NCBI GenBank assembly: GCA_016926395.1
Contig: JAFGOT010000014.1
Span: 24,556-88,555 of the forward strand
Origin: Candidatus Woesearchaeota archaeon
GTDB lineage: Archaea > Nanobdellota > Nanobdellia > Woesearchaeales > SKGA01
DNA: 64,000 bases
Reading direction: 5' to 3'
Shown here: piece by piece, positions 28,977 to 39,167 of the stretch
Numbering within the stretch: position 1 is the first letter of the stretch
How the letters are laid out: each line of letters starts with the position of its first letter
Made by a program: the position numbers and the translations under genes
Notes under the pieces: generated by a model
The model's database searches: none
Seen by the model: the letters and a program-made list of their open reading frames with translations, nothing else
Told to the model about the DNA's origin: nothing

Positions 28977-29300
28977 TTAGTGCAATTTTTTATTAAAATA
29001 AACCTTGCTTATTTTGACGTTAAAATAGTCTCCATCTTTTAATTGTAAAACGTTTTTTACAAATGGATTTACAGAAATCCTATTTGAAGAATCAATTTGT
29101 TGATAGTCATAAATTCCTTCGTATGTTGTTTTATTATTTTCTGGAAGGATGTATTCAAGATGGATGTAGTCATTGGTTTTTAGACTTAAAAGCTCTCTTG
29201 TTGTAATTGGTATTGTTGCACGTTTGGTATTGTCTGTAACTTTAAGAGTTATTTTTTCTGTTCGAGGAGAATGCATTAAACCTTCAAGATCTTCATTCAT
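28977..29300 (-). CDS. protein with two AbrB/SpoVT-like swapped-hairpin motifs
   Basis: ATIPITTRELLSLKTNDYIHLE and RISVNPFVKNVLQLKDGDYFNVK both match the looped-hinge-helix pattern. Confidence 0.35.
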   Translation of the reverse strand: MNEDLEGLMHSPRTEKITLKVTDNTKRATIPITTRELLSLKTNDYIHLEYILPENNKTTYEGIYDYQQIDSSNRISVNPFVKNVLQLKDGDYFNVKISKVYFNKKLH

Positions 29301-29409
29301 AGAACGATGAAAATTAAAATAGAAATAAAAAGGTGAGCATTATTGCTCTTTATCAAAAAAAGCTTTTTGCTCTTTTAGATAAAAATGGAAGAGGAAGTCA
29401 TCCCATTCA

Positions 29410-29760
29410 TCAGAAGACATATCCTTCCTCCTCCACTGTCCTAGTGTATCCAAGTCGTTCACCATCGAAATCAAAGTGGGTGAAATACTCTTTGATTGTG
29501 CTCCAGTCCGGTTTAGTGCTTAAGAGCCATTTTAGAACGTGTTCTGTATAACAATAAGCACAAACATTCATACGATTATTACTGACGATGCAAAAGTCGT
29601 CTCCACTAACCTTCAGTGGAATAATCTCAGCAGATGCTTCGTAAAAAGATTCTAACATCTGTGGTCTTGACTCTTGTAGCCAAGTCGCTATTTGTTCTTC
29701 TATCCTCTGGGGTGACAGAGGGTTTGTTATTTGTTCTTCACATAGAACACAGGCTCCCAT
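29410..29760 (-). CDS. Cys-rich hypothetical protein (CxxC...CxxC)
   Basis: CVLC...CAYC; locally higher GC than surroundings. Confidence 0.35.
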   Translation of the reverse strand: MGACVLCEEQITNPLSPQRIEEQIATWLQESRPQMLESFYEASAEIIPLKVSGDDFCIVSNNRMNVCAYCYTEHVLKWLLSTKPDWSTIKEYFTHFDFDGERLGYTRTVEEEGYVF

Positions 29761-30229
29761 TTTTTTTTACCTCATTTTGTTTAGCTTATTTATGGGTTCT
29801 TAGAAATTGTTTGTCGATATGCAAAAAACCAGAAGCGGACTGTCTTCTATAGAAATCGAATTTCAACTTTAGAATTAGTTTTTGCTTTCCTTGGTTGTCG
29901 TTCGATTTCCGGTTTTTCGGTTCGATTTACAACATCCAAGGATTCATAAACGCTTTATTATCAATGGATAGCTTACTAACTACATCAAAGACCACGCAGG
30001 TTAGCCGATAATGTAGATTCATATCCATTATAATTTATTTTTTGTGATGGTCATATTTAAACATTTCGTAAATATTGTTTTTTTCAATTAACTTTTCTTC
30101 GTTATTTTTTACTATCTTAGTATACAAAAAAGGCCAAAAAATAGAAATGTTTATAAACTATTTTTCCCAGTTTCCAATCAATCCTATTAATAAACGCTAG
30201 TTTAGCGCGAAATTGAGGTGTGAATTAAC

Positions 30230-30769
30230 ATGATGAAAAATATGAAAGGACAAGCAGCTATGGAGTTCTTAATGACCTATGGTTGGGCAATTCTTGTTGT
30301 ACTATTAGCAATTGGTGCTCTAGCAGCATTCGGTGTATTTAATTTAGACAAATACGCAGCATCAACTTCAGGTTTTGAAGGACAAAAAATGGCTGCAGTA
30401 AACGATGGTATGGTAATTAGTTTATCTGGCAATTACGTTGAAATCGCTTTAACAAACCAAGTTGGAACATCTGTAACATTACCTTTAACAGGTACTTTAG
30501 TTCCTGAACCAGGTACTGTTTGTACATTAAATCCTGCTGGTGCTGTTACTGCAACTTACAAAGATCCTGCAACAGGAAACTATACTGCTTTGGATTCAGC
30601 TACTATTCTTAGACAAGGAGATACTTTTGTAGTGCGATGGTCTTGTAATGGTGCAGCAAGTGCATCTCAAGGAGACGCATTCGAAGCAACTTTAACATTC
30701 GATTACATCAACGTTGAAACTGGTCAATCTAGAACAATGACTGGAACAACTAGAGGACGATACGAATAA
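30230..30769 (+). CDS. archaeal type IV pilin-like protein (class III signal peptide), candidate major pilin
   Basis: MMKNMKGQAAMEFLMTYGWAILVVLLAIGALAA is the classic KGQ cleavage site plus hydrophobic helix; small Thr/Gly/Ala-rich beta domain. Confidence 0.7.
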   Translation: MMKNMKGQAAMEFLMTYGWAILVVLLAIGALAAFGVFNLDKYAASTSGFEGQKMAAVNDGMVISLSGNYVEIALTNQVGTSVTLPLTGTLVPEPGTVCTLNPAGAVTATYKDPATGNYTALDSATILRQGDTFVVRWSCNGAASASQGDAFEATLTFDYINVETGQSRTMTGTTRGRYE

Positions 30770-30879
30770 ACCTTAACAGGTTAACTGTGATCAGAAATCT
30801 GTGATCAGTTACTTTTTTTCTTTTTCTTTTTTCTAATTCTTAATAACATTTAAAAATAGGTGATTTGATTTTTGACTTT

Positions 30880-32788
30880 ATGGAAGAAGGAGCACAATTA
30901 TCATTTCCAGTAATATTGCTAATCACAATAAATAGTATACTGGGGACTGGAATATTTTTTCTTACCTGCAGTAGGTGCTAGAGAGGCAGGTTTGTTTGCT
31001 ATTATTTCTTGGCTTATAATGGGTTTGATTGCTATAATGTATAGTATGGTTTTTGGTGAATTGGTTAGTCGTTATCCAAAAGAAGGTGGTGTTTTTGAAT
31101 ATGCAAAGGAGGCGTTTGGATTCTTCCCTAGTTTTTTGCTTGGTTGGATGACTTTAATTGCAGCTAATGTAACTATTGCAATGCTTATGGTTGGGGCAAT
31201 AAAATATGTCGGTCCAAACTTGAGTAATTTATTCATAGCAGGAATAAGTATTCTATTTATTTTGGCATTTAATTTTGTTGCTTTTAAGGGGTTGAAAACG
31301 GGCAAAGTAATGTTATTAACTTTTGCAGGCATAACATTAGTTGCTGTTTTGGGAATATTAATTCCTGGACTAATAAACTTTAATCCTGCTAATTTCACTA
31401 ATTGGTTATCTCATGAAAGTTTTGCTGGTTTTGGATTTAATGTTTCAGGGTTAGTAGGTGGCTCAGTGATTATTTTTGGAACTATTTTTTTTATTGCAGA
31501 AACTTTTTTCGGTTGGGAAACTGTTACTTTTTTAGCAGAGCAAGTTAAAAACCCAAAAAAAATAATGCCTAATGCATTAGTCAAAGGAACTGTTTTGATT
31601 TCGATTTTTTCATTATTATTCGTGATTGCAAGTAAAAGTATTTTACATTGGAGTGTTTTAGCAAATTCTTCAACTCCTTTAGCTGATCTTGCAAGTGCTG
31701 TTTATGGACCTGCAATGATTCCTGTGTACAGCATCTTAGTTTATCTAGCGATAATTGGTAGTGTGGCGGGGTGGATAGTTGCGGCTCCAAATCTACTTGT
31801 AGCTTTGGCAAAAGATAAATTATTTATTCCTTCTTTTGCAAAAAAGCACCCTAAAACAGGAACTCCTTACAAAGCAATATTATTTCAAACAATTGTAACT
31901 TCTGTATTGGTAATAATTGGAGCTGGAAGTTATGAAACTCTTCTTCACTTATTAGTTCCTTTAGTTTTGGTTTTATATGGCAGTGTTGTCTTAAGTTTAT
32001 TATATATTAGAAAGAAAAACAAAGAGTTTGATGGATATAAAGCTCCTGGTGGTTTAGTATTGCCCATTTTTCTTTTACTATTCACTTTAGCTTTGGTTTT
32101 GATGTGGGGTTTTCAAGAGCATAATGCTATAGAAACTGTTGAAGTATTAATCACTTTTCTAGTTTTAGGAATTCCTGTATTTTTGTTGATGAATTTCCAT
32201 CACAATCCTCATGCAAGTGTTACTTTTCAGAATAAAACAGTTGGACTTTCGAAATTTCTGGAAAGGTTATTTTTGCCTAAAAAAATACGAGTTAGACTTC
32301 TTGAAAAAATGGAGAATCACCACAAGGTGTTGTTTTTAGGGGCCGGATCTGGAATTTTAATAAAAGAATCTTCTATTCCCAAAGAGAACATAATTGTGAT
32401 TGAACATTCTGAAAGTTTAGCTAATCATTTAAAAAACCGTTTTCCGACAATAGCGGTTATTCATGATGAACACGCAGTATCAAGATTACACCCTGACATA
32501 AAAAAAGCTGATGTTGTTGTTAGTGTAGGGATGCTTGCTCATATACAAAGTTTATCGATGCATCTAAAACAGTTACATAATATCCTTCCAGAGAATGCTT
32601 TGATACGTTTTTTTGACTATTCAAAATTTTATAAAGTAATATCTAATAATATTCCCGAAATTGATGAGCTAAAGAAAGTTTTTAGAGAAAACGGATTTTC
32701 AGTTAGGGTTGAAGAAATAAAAGGTATTTTTTGGAATTATTTGATAATAGAAGGCGTTAAAACTGATTTAGATGTTGTTTATATGTGA
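30880..32788 (+). pseudogene. APC permease-SAM methyltransferase fusion (paralog of 24092-26092), frameshifted in T6 run
   Basis: N-terminus MEEGAQLSFPVILLITINSILGTGIFF is in frame 1 from the ATG at 30880; the rest, LPAVGAREAGLFAIISW..., is in frame 2 (ORF-track ORF from TTG 30992). The switch is at tttttt 30955-30960; T5 would restore GIFFLPAVG. C-terminal domain has intact motif I VLFLGAGSG. Confidence 0.7.
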
Positions 32789-32837
32789 TTTTTATTAATC
32801 GTTACTTTTAAATAATCTCTCGCTTCAAAACAATCTA

Positions 32838-33257
32838 ATGAGGAGGGTGAGATCTAGTTCTGGTCAGGTGGCAATGGAGTACTTGATAGTATTCTTGATG
32901 GCTTTTTTTATGACCATGCCTCTTATAATAATCTTTTACACGCAATCAAATAACTTTGAAGACGATATTTCTGTGGCTCAAGCAAATAAATTAACTTCAG
33001 AACTAATCGATGCTGCAGAAGAAGTTTATTTTCTTGGGAGTCCATCTCAAAAAACGGTTGATGTGACGTTTCCAAATGGATTGCAAGAAATAACCATTGA
33101 ATCAAATTCGCTCATATTAAACATGACATCAAAAGGAGATGACTATTTGGTTTATGGAGATACTTTGGTTAATTTAACGGGTATTTTACGAACAAGCCCG
33201 GGAAGAAGACCGGTAAAAGTTGTTGCGACAGGAACTGGAGTTCAAATAACTGATTAA
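32838..33257 (+). CDS. pilin-like protein with class III signal peptide
   Basis: SSGQVAMEYLIVFLMAFFMT. Confidence 0.6.
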   Translation: MRRVRSSSGQVAMEYLIVFLMAFFMTMPLIIIFYTQSNNFEDDISVAQANKLTSELIDAAEEVYFLGSPSQKTVDVTFPNGLQEITIESNSLILNMTSKGDDYLVYGDTLVNLTGILRTSPGRRPVKVVATGTGVQITD

Positions 33258-33287
33258 TGAAATGCTCTTCTTCCAAGTTTTAAGAAA

Positions 33288-33698
33288 ATGATACATACTA
33301 AAAAAGCACAAGTTTCGATAGAATTTATCATTCTTTTAACGATGAGTGTCTTTATGATAATAACTTTTATGATTGCAATAAAACATGTATCTGATCAAAA
33401 ATTATTAAAAAAAACATTAAACGAACTAGATGACTTGGGCAAGAGTGTTCAACAAGAATTGATGCTTGCATCACAATTAAATGATGGTTATGTTCGAGAA
33501 ATATACATTCCAGCAAGGCTTTATGGAGTGGATTATTCTCTAAATACAAGCGCAGTCTCTGGAACGGTGATGTATCTAAATATTTACTACGAAGGTGTTG
33601 AATTATTTTATTTAATTCCCTACATACAAGGAGATGTAAAAACAGGACTTAACACAATATCAAAAAATAACAATACGGTAATGGTATCTCAAACATGA
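33288..33698 (+). CDS. pilin-like protein with class III signal peptide (Ala at -1)
   Basis: TKKAQVSIEFIILLTMSVFMII. Confidence 0.5.
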   Translation: MIHTKKAQVSIEFIILLTMSVFMIITFMIAIKHVSDQKLLKKTLNELDDLGKSVQQELMLASQLNDGYVREIYIPARLYGVDYSLNTSAVSGTVMYLNIYYEGVELFYLIPYIQGDVKTGLNTISKNNNTVMVSQT

Positions 33699-34204
33699 TG
33701 AAACGAAAAGGACAAGTGTTTACACTGGATTTTTTTATTGGCTTATTTGCATTCATTGTATTATTAGTTATAGGTTTTACACAATTATTTTCTTTCTTAC
33801 CAAATTCTGATTTTAAACAATTATATGGTGATGCAACTTATTTATCAAATGTTTTAGTCGATTCAGGTTATCCTACTTATTGGAATTCAACAAACGTTCT
33901 TCTTCCAGGACTCGCTGACAATCATCGATTAAATGTTACTAAATTACACGAGTTCGAAAATATTTCTTATACTAACAGTAAATTATTATTTCATATCACT
34001 TCTGAATATGTTTTCTTTTTCAAGAATCAAACGGATTATTTGAATTTATCAAATTGTACTTATGGCTATCCAATATCTGTTAACATAACTAGTTGTGAGC
34101 CTAATTTATTATCTTTTAATTATAAAAACTTAGTAAAAACTCAAAGACTATTGGCTTATGATGGGAACATTGTGACAATGGTGATTTACACGTGGAAAAG
34201 ATGA
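33695..34204 (+). CDS. pilin-like protein with class III signal peptide
   Basis: MMKRKGQVFTLDFFIGLFAFIVLLVIGF; 4-nt overlap with the previous gene. Confidence 0.6.
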   Translation: MMKRKGQVFTLDFFIGLFAFIVLLVIGFTQLFSFLPNSDFKQLYGDATYLSNVLVDSGYPTYWNSTNVLLPGLADNHRLNVTKLHEFENISYTNSKLLFHITSEYVFFFKNQTDYLNLSNCTYGYPISVNITSCEPNLLSFNYKNLVKTQRLLAYDGNIVTMVIYTWKR

Positions 34205-36873
34205 ATAATAAAGGAATATACTACTCAATGGATGCTTTATTAGCAGGACTTCTATTTGTAGGTGTAATTTTATTATTATTTCAAAACAGTTTTTATGAAC
34301 CAAATACTGATCAACAAAATTTCTTGTCCCAGGATTTATTAGCATCACTTGGATCGATAACTTTAGGAGAATCAAATTATCCGATGATTACTGCAGAATT
34401 ATCTTCAGGGCAATATGTTGATGCTAACAACACCGTACTTGAGCTTATTGGAATTTATTGGGCATTAAATCAAACGCAAAATGCAACAAAGATTATAACT
34501 CGCTTTGTAAATGGAACCGTTCCAGATCAACTTTACTTACAACTAAATCTCGATGGTGATGACTTGTATCCATACCAAAACTCAACAACTCCAACAAACA
34601 TAATTGGTGGGCGGAGAATGATAACTGGAATCGCGCAAGGAAAACCTTTAACTGGTTTTAGTTCTTCAGCATATTTAAAAAAAGTACGAAACAAAAAAAC
34701 ATCTTCTTATGCTTATTTTGGAGGATATTATGCTCAAGGAAATATTTCAACAACACTAAATCTTCCAAGTGACTTTTCATCATCAAGAATAATTTCTGCT
34801 CGAATAAATATTGAAACTCCTGGAACATTTGATTTGCTGATAAATGGCAATGTTTGCTTAAATGACGTAACTGGTTTAACAACAACTGTTACGTCATGGG
34901 ATTTAATAAATTGTAATTCTAGCTTTAAACCAAACAAAAATAATATTTCATTTATTTATTCAAGTGAACTTAATGTATCTGCAATATCTGGTGGTTTAAT
35001 AAAAGTAACATACACAACAGACACCTTAAAAGAAATAATTCCAACAGGGTATAAAAGATATTACTTGCCAGAAATTCAAGGATTCATAAACGTTTATGAC
35101 GCTTTCTCTGCGCAAGGATTAATTGATTCTTGGAATTTGAATATGACTTTTTACAACGAATACGATACTTTTGTGACTATAGGAAATGAAACCATTTTTA
35201 TCGCACCTGGAAGTAATACAACACAAAACATATTTTTCTCAAGAAATAATGCATCCTTGCCACCAACAGAAATTCCACTAAGGGTTGGAACAACAAATCT
35301 TTCAAACATAACAATTGTTCAATCAGGTGATCCATCTGACTCGTTTTTAGTAACTGATGTATCTGGAAGTATGGATGATTGTGGATTATATTATACAGAA
35401 AATGTTACCTATTGTGGTTATGATTATAAATTTTGGTTCTGGTGGACTTACACTGAGTGTCCTTATACAGGATCATGTGTTTCAAATGAATGTGGAGGAT
35501 CTACAACGACTCAAAACCATGTTATTTATGATAAAACAGTTTCAACTTGTAACAAAACTTTGATGGAGTTAGCAAAAGAAGCTGATGATTTATTTGTTGA
35601 TGTGGTTCTTGGAAACTCAACGTTAAATGAAATTGGATTGATAGATTTTTCAACTAATGCTAATACTCCAACTGATCTTACAAACATTCCAGGTGTATTG
35701 CACAGCGAAATATCAACTTATTCTGCAGGAGGAAATACTTGTACTTGTTGTGGTATAAATAGAGCAAAAGATTTGCTTTTATCTTCAGATGATGATAAGT
35801 TTATGGTTGTACTAAGTGATGGAGAGCCAACCGCTTACTGTAATGGATTTAGTGATTATACTGGTTCAACTGGAGATAACACTCAGGCAAGAAATGATGC
35901 TATTGCGTCTGGACAAGAAGCTTGTGCAAATAACATAACTGTTTATACAATTGGATTTGGAGAGGGAATGTCTGCTCAAGGACATGATATAATGAGACAA
36001 ATAGCTTGTAATGATTCATTATATTATAATGCTTCTAATGCTGGAGACTTAGCAGAAATTTATGAAAATATTTCTCAAGATATTTTAGTTGCAGCAAATT
36101 ATTCATCACAAACAATAAACATAGTTGGAAATTTTACAATCGCAAATTTATCAAAAGATTCATACATTGATTTGTACTACACACCTATTGTCCAAGAAGA
36201 TAATCAAGGTAAATTATCGATGGTGTTTGAATCAGCTCCATTTGGTGGTTGCACATCGTCTGTAAGCATACCAGGAGGGGTGTTAATTGAGGATGCATAT
36301 GTAACCTCTTTCTCAAGTAATCATTGGACGAAAAAATTAGATGTAAATGGTATTAATGTATTTAATTTATCGGAGTATGGATCTGATTATACTTTACTTG
36401 GGGATCCTTTCATCATACAAGTTCCATCTGCAGTTTTAATTCCTGGAGCAACGAATAACTTTACACTTGAAGTTGGCGATAACCCTGTTAACATTTCAAG
36501 TTGTTCACCAAATAATACTTTTATCTACACTGCTTTAATTAATGCTTCAACACCGCGAGGAGAAACTTATGAAGAACATGAAGGTTGTACTTGGATTGTA
36601 GAATCTGAAACAGGAAAAAATTCCACTATAAAAATTCCTAAAGATTATTCAGGTCCAAATAATTGTTCGTATACTTCCGCAAGCATTAGTTATAATGTAT
36701 TAGATGCATACGACTCTGCGACTCACTTCTTATTATCGCAATTAGATCCTGACAATAATGGAAAAATAATTGTTGACTTAGCAGAATCAGATTTAGAAAT
36801 AACAATAACTTTGGTTAGTGGAATTCCATATCTTTGGGGTCCCACTCTTGTAGGAACTCAAGTAGGTAGTTAA
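34192..36873 (+). CDS. large pilin-like protein (893 aa) with von Willebrand factor A domain, candidate pilus adhesin
   Basis: N-terminal NNKGIYYSMDALLAGLLFVGVILLLF class III-like signal; MIDAS motif LVTDVSGSMDD (DxSxS) near aa 390; many N-x-S/T sites; Cys-rich segment. Confidence 0.6.
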   Translation: MEKMNNKGIYYSMDALLAGLLFVGVILLLFQNSFYEPNTDQQNFLSQDLLASLGSITLGESNYPMITAELSSGQYVDANNTVLELIGIYWALNQTQNATKIITRFVNGTVPDQLYLQLNLDGDDLYPYQNSTTPTNIIGGRRMITGIAQGKPLTGFSSSAYLKKVRNKKTSSYAYFGGYYAQGNISTTLNLPSDFSSSRIISARINIETPGTFDLLINGNVCLNDVTGLTTTVTSWDLINCNSSFKPNKNNISFIYSSELNVSAISGGLIKVTYTTDTLKEIIPTGYKRYYLPEIQGFINVYDAFSAQGLIDSWNLNMTFYNEYDTFVTIGNETIFIAPGSNTTQNIFFSRNNASLPPTEIPLRVGTTNLSNITIVQSGDPSDSFLVTDVSGSMDDCGLYYTENVTYCGYDYKFWFWWTYTECPYTGSCVSNECGGSTTTQNHVIYDKTVSTCNKTLMELAKEADDLFVDVVLGNSTLNEIGLIDFSTNANTPTDLTNIPGVLHSEISTYSAGGNTCTCCGINRAKDLLLSSDDDKFMVVLSDGEPTAYCNGFSDYTGSTGDNTQARNDAIASGQEACANNITVYTIGFGEGMSAQGHDIMRQIACNDSLYYNASNAGDLAEIYENISQDILVAANYSSQTINIVGNFTIANLSKDSYIDLYYTPIVQEDNQGKLSMVFESAPFGGCTSSVSIPGGVLIEDAYVTSFSSNHWTKKLDVNGINVFNLSEYGSDYTLLGDPFIIQVPSAVLIPGATNNFTLEVGDNPVNISSCSPNNTFIYTALINASTPRGETYEEHEGCTWIVESETGKNSTIKIPKDYSGPNNCSYTSASISYNVLDAYDSATHFLLSQLDPDNNGKIIVDLAESDLEITITLVSGIPYLWGPTLVGTQVGS

Positions 36874-36874
36874 G

Positions 36875-37858
36875 ATGAAATTAAAGATTAAAAAAATGAA
36901 CAACAAGGGATTCACATATTTAATCGCTGTATCTTTTCTAATTGCCACACTTATAGTTGTATATTTAAGCGCTACTGATTATGGATTTCAAGATCAACAA
37001 GAATTGTACAAGAACCGAATTGTTGCAATGGATAATTTTGTGAGTGACTTTAATCAAGACGTGCATCGAGCAAGTTATATTGCTTCATTTAGAACTTTAC
37101 TTTCTTTAGAAGATTATGTTGCTGTCAATGGAGAATTCTTTAACAATACTGAAGATCAATTCAAAGAAACATTTTATTATGGTCAAATAAACAGATCTGA
37201 AGCTGAACTTATGAATGGTTCTAGTTTTGAAGATTATTTATCCAGGGTTAATGTTGTGGCTGAAAAAATTGGAATACACTCAAATGTTACTGTTACAGAT
37301 ATAACTCTTTCACAATCTGATTTTTGGTCCATAGATGTGGTGATAACTGCTCTTGTTAATATTACTGATAACCATAACATTGCATCTTGGAGTTTTGAAA
37401 AAAATTATTCAACAAACGTTCCAATATATGATTTAAGAGATCCTCTTTATAGTACTTTTACATTCAATCGAGTTCCAAACACAATAAGAAAACTAGATGT
37501 TCCTTACTTGGTTAATGGAACAGACACTTTTAACTTAGAAACGCACATTAATGGTTCTTATTATCTAGAATCAACTGATGCGCCAAGTTTCCTACAAAGA
37601 TTTGAAAATAATTTGAGTCCAAGTCCTTATGGTATAGAAAGTATTGTTAATGTTGGTTTAATCTCAGCCCAAGAAGTTGGTGTTTGCGAAGATTGTATCA
37701 AAGTTGATTATATGTATTTTAATGGTTTAACCGATACCAAACTTTGTGATGTTCAAAACATTAATCCAAATACTTACTTTGTAATTCCTCTAAATCAAAA
37801 CGAAACTTATGAAGTTTCTAATTTGACTTTTTCTACTGGTGGAAGTTGTAATACTTAA
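36875..37858 (+). CDS. pilin-like protein with class III signal peptide
   Basis: NNKGFTYLIAVSFLIATLIVVYL; starts 2 nt after the previous stop. Confidence 0.55.
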   Translation: MKLKIKKMNNKGFTYLIAVSFLIATLIVVYLSATDYGFQDQQELYKNRIVAMDNFVSDFNQDVHRASYIASFRTLLSLEDYVAVNGEFFNNTEDQFKETFYYGQINRSEAELMNGSSFEDYLSRVNVVAEKIGIHSNVTVTDITLSQSDFWSIDVVITALVNITDNHNIASWSFEKNYSTNVPIYDLRDPLYSTFTFNRVPNTIRKLDVPYLVNGTDTFNLETHINGSYYLESTDAPSFLQRFENNLSPSPYGIESIVNVGLISAQEVGVCEDCIKVDYMYFNGLTDTKLCDVQNINPNTYFVIPLNQNETYEVSNLTFSTGGSCNT

Positions 37859-37978
37859 TTATTTTTGATAAAACCTGTTAATTTGATTTAAAGTTAGAAA
37901 TAAAGAAAAATTCATTTGAACTATTGTATAGTAGTTACGCAAGATATATAAGAGTAATTTATCCCTTTTTTTATTAGT

Positions 37979-39124
37979 ATGAAGAATATAACGACAGGTA
38001 TTGACAGATTGCTCCAGTTAGTAGAAGAGCGTAAAAAGATATCTGCTGAAACTGCCGCAAAAGAATTGAATCTTGGTAAAGATGTGATTGAAGAATGGGC
38101 AGAAATATTAGAACAAGAAAAAATAGTAAATTTATCATTCAAATTCTCAAAAATGCATATTGAAGCGAAAAAAATAACTGAGAGAACAGTATTTGATTCT
38201 GCAAAACAAATATCTTCACAAAAAGAAGCATTTCATAGAAAGATTGAGTCGACAATAAAATCAATCGACAACGAATCGGCAGGTTTTGAAGAAATAAGAT
38301 CTGAGTTTGAAAAAATCCAAGGTCACATTAAAGACGAACTAGAAACCGTAAGGAAAGAAATGAAAGAGCTAGAACATTTCGATGCCCTGAAAAAAAATAT
38401 TGAGAAAGACATTCAGACACAAAAAAAAGATTACGAATTATTTACTAAAGCTTATGATGAAGAGATGAAGACGTTTGAAAAAAATTATTCATCTTCAATT
38501 GAAAAACTAAAAAAAGAACAAGACACACTAAAAAAACTTCAGGATTCAATAGTAGGTCTTAGAAGCGATAAACAAGAAATTGAAAAAATAATAAAAGAAT
38601 CTTTACAACGATTAAAAGACGTTGAAAAGAAAGCAGATGAACAAATAGTTGATATGAAACAAACAGAAAAAACTATTGATAAATTGAAAAAAGAAATTGA
38701 TGGTCTGTCAACAAATATTAAAGTTTCACGTGCTAAGAACCTAAAAACACTTGCTAAAATTGTTGGTGAAGGAAGAGAGAGAATAACTAAAGATCATGAA
38801 AACCTTCTAAAGAATGCACAATCCAAAGTTACTGAATTAAAAGACTATGCTGATGCTGGAGAAAAAATATACAAAAAATTCTCTGATAAATTTATGAAAA
38901 AAATCGAAACAGGAGATTTAATCTCTGAAATCGAAAAAGAAAAAAACGACTTAAAAGATGAATTGATTGAACTTGATAAAAAAGTTCAAACTTTTAATGC
39001 ACTTAAGGGGAGTGTTGAAGTAAAAGATCAATTCAAAGAAATTGAAGCAAAAATATTTTCTTATGAAGAAAAAAGACACAAACTAAGCGATAAAATAAAC
39101 AAATTGCTTGGGATGATGAAGTAA
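37979..39124 (+). CDS. wHTH + long coiled-coil protein, homolog of 55478-55936 (N-domain)
   Basis: GIDRLLQLVEERKKISAETAAKELNLGKDVIEEWAEILEQEKIV aligns with GVDELIRYLRTKGKVSLKEASTHLNIPEQTLQLWLDFLVEERII in the second pilus locus. Confidence 0.5.
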   Translation: MKNITTGIDRLLQLVEERKKISAETAAKELNLGKDVIEEWAEILEQEKIVNLSFKFSKMHIEAKKITERTVFDSAKQISSQKEAFHRKIESTIKSIDNESAGFEEIRSEFEKIQGHIKDELETVRKEMKELEHFDALKKNIEKDIQTQKKDYELFTKAYDEEMKTFEKNYSSSIEKLKKEQDTLKKLQDSIVGLRSDKQEIEKIIKESLQRLKDVEKKADEQIVDMKQTEKTIDKLKKEIDGLSTNIKVSRAKNLKTLAKIVGEGRERITKDHENLLKNAQSKVTELKDYADAGEKIYKKFSDKFMKKIETGDLISEIEKEKNDLKDELIELDKKVQTFNALKGSVEVKDQFKEIEAKIFSYEEKRHKLSDKINKLLGMMK

Positions 39125-39167
39125 TAAGAAAAGACTTAATTTATTTTTTAAAAGGGGTGGATGGTAA

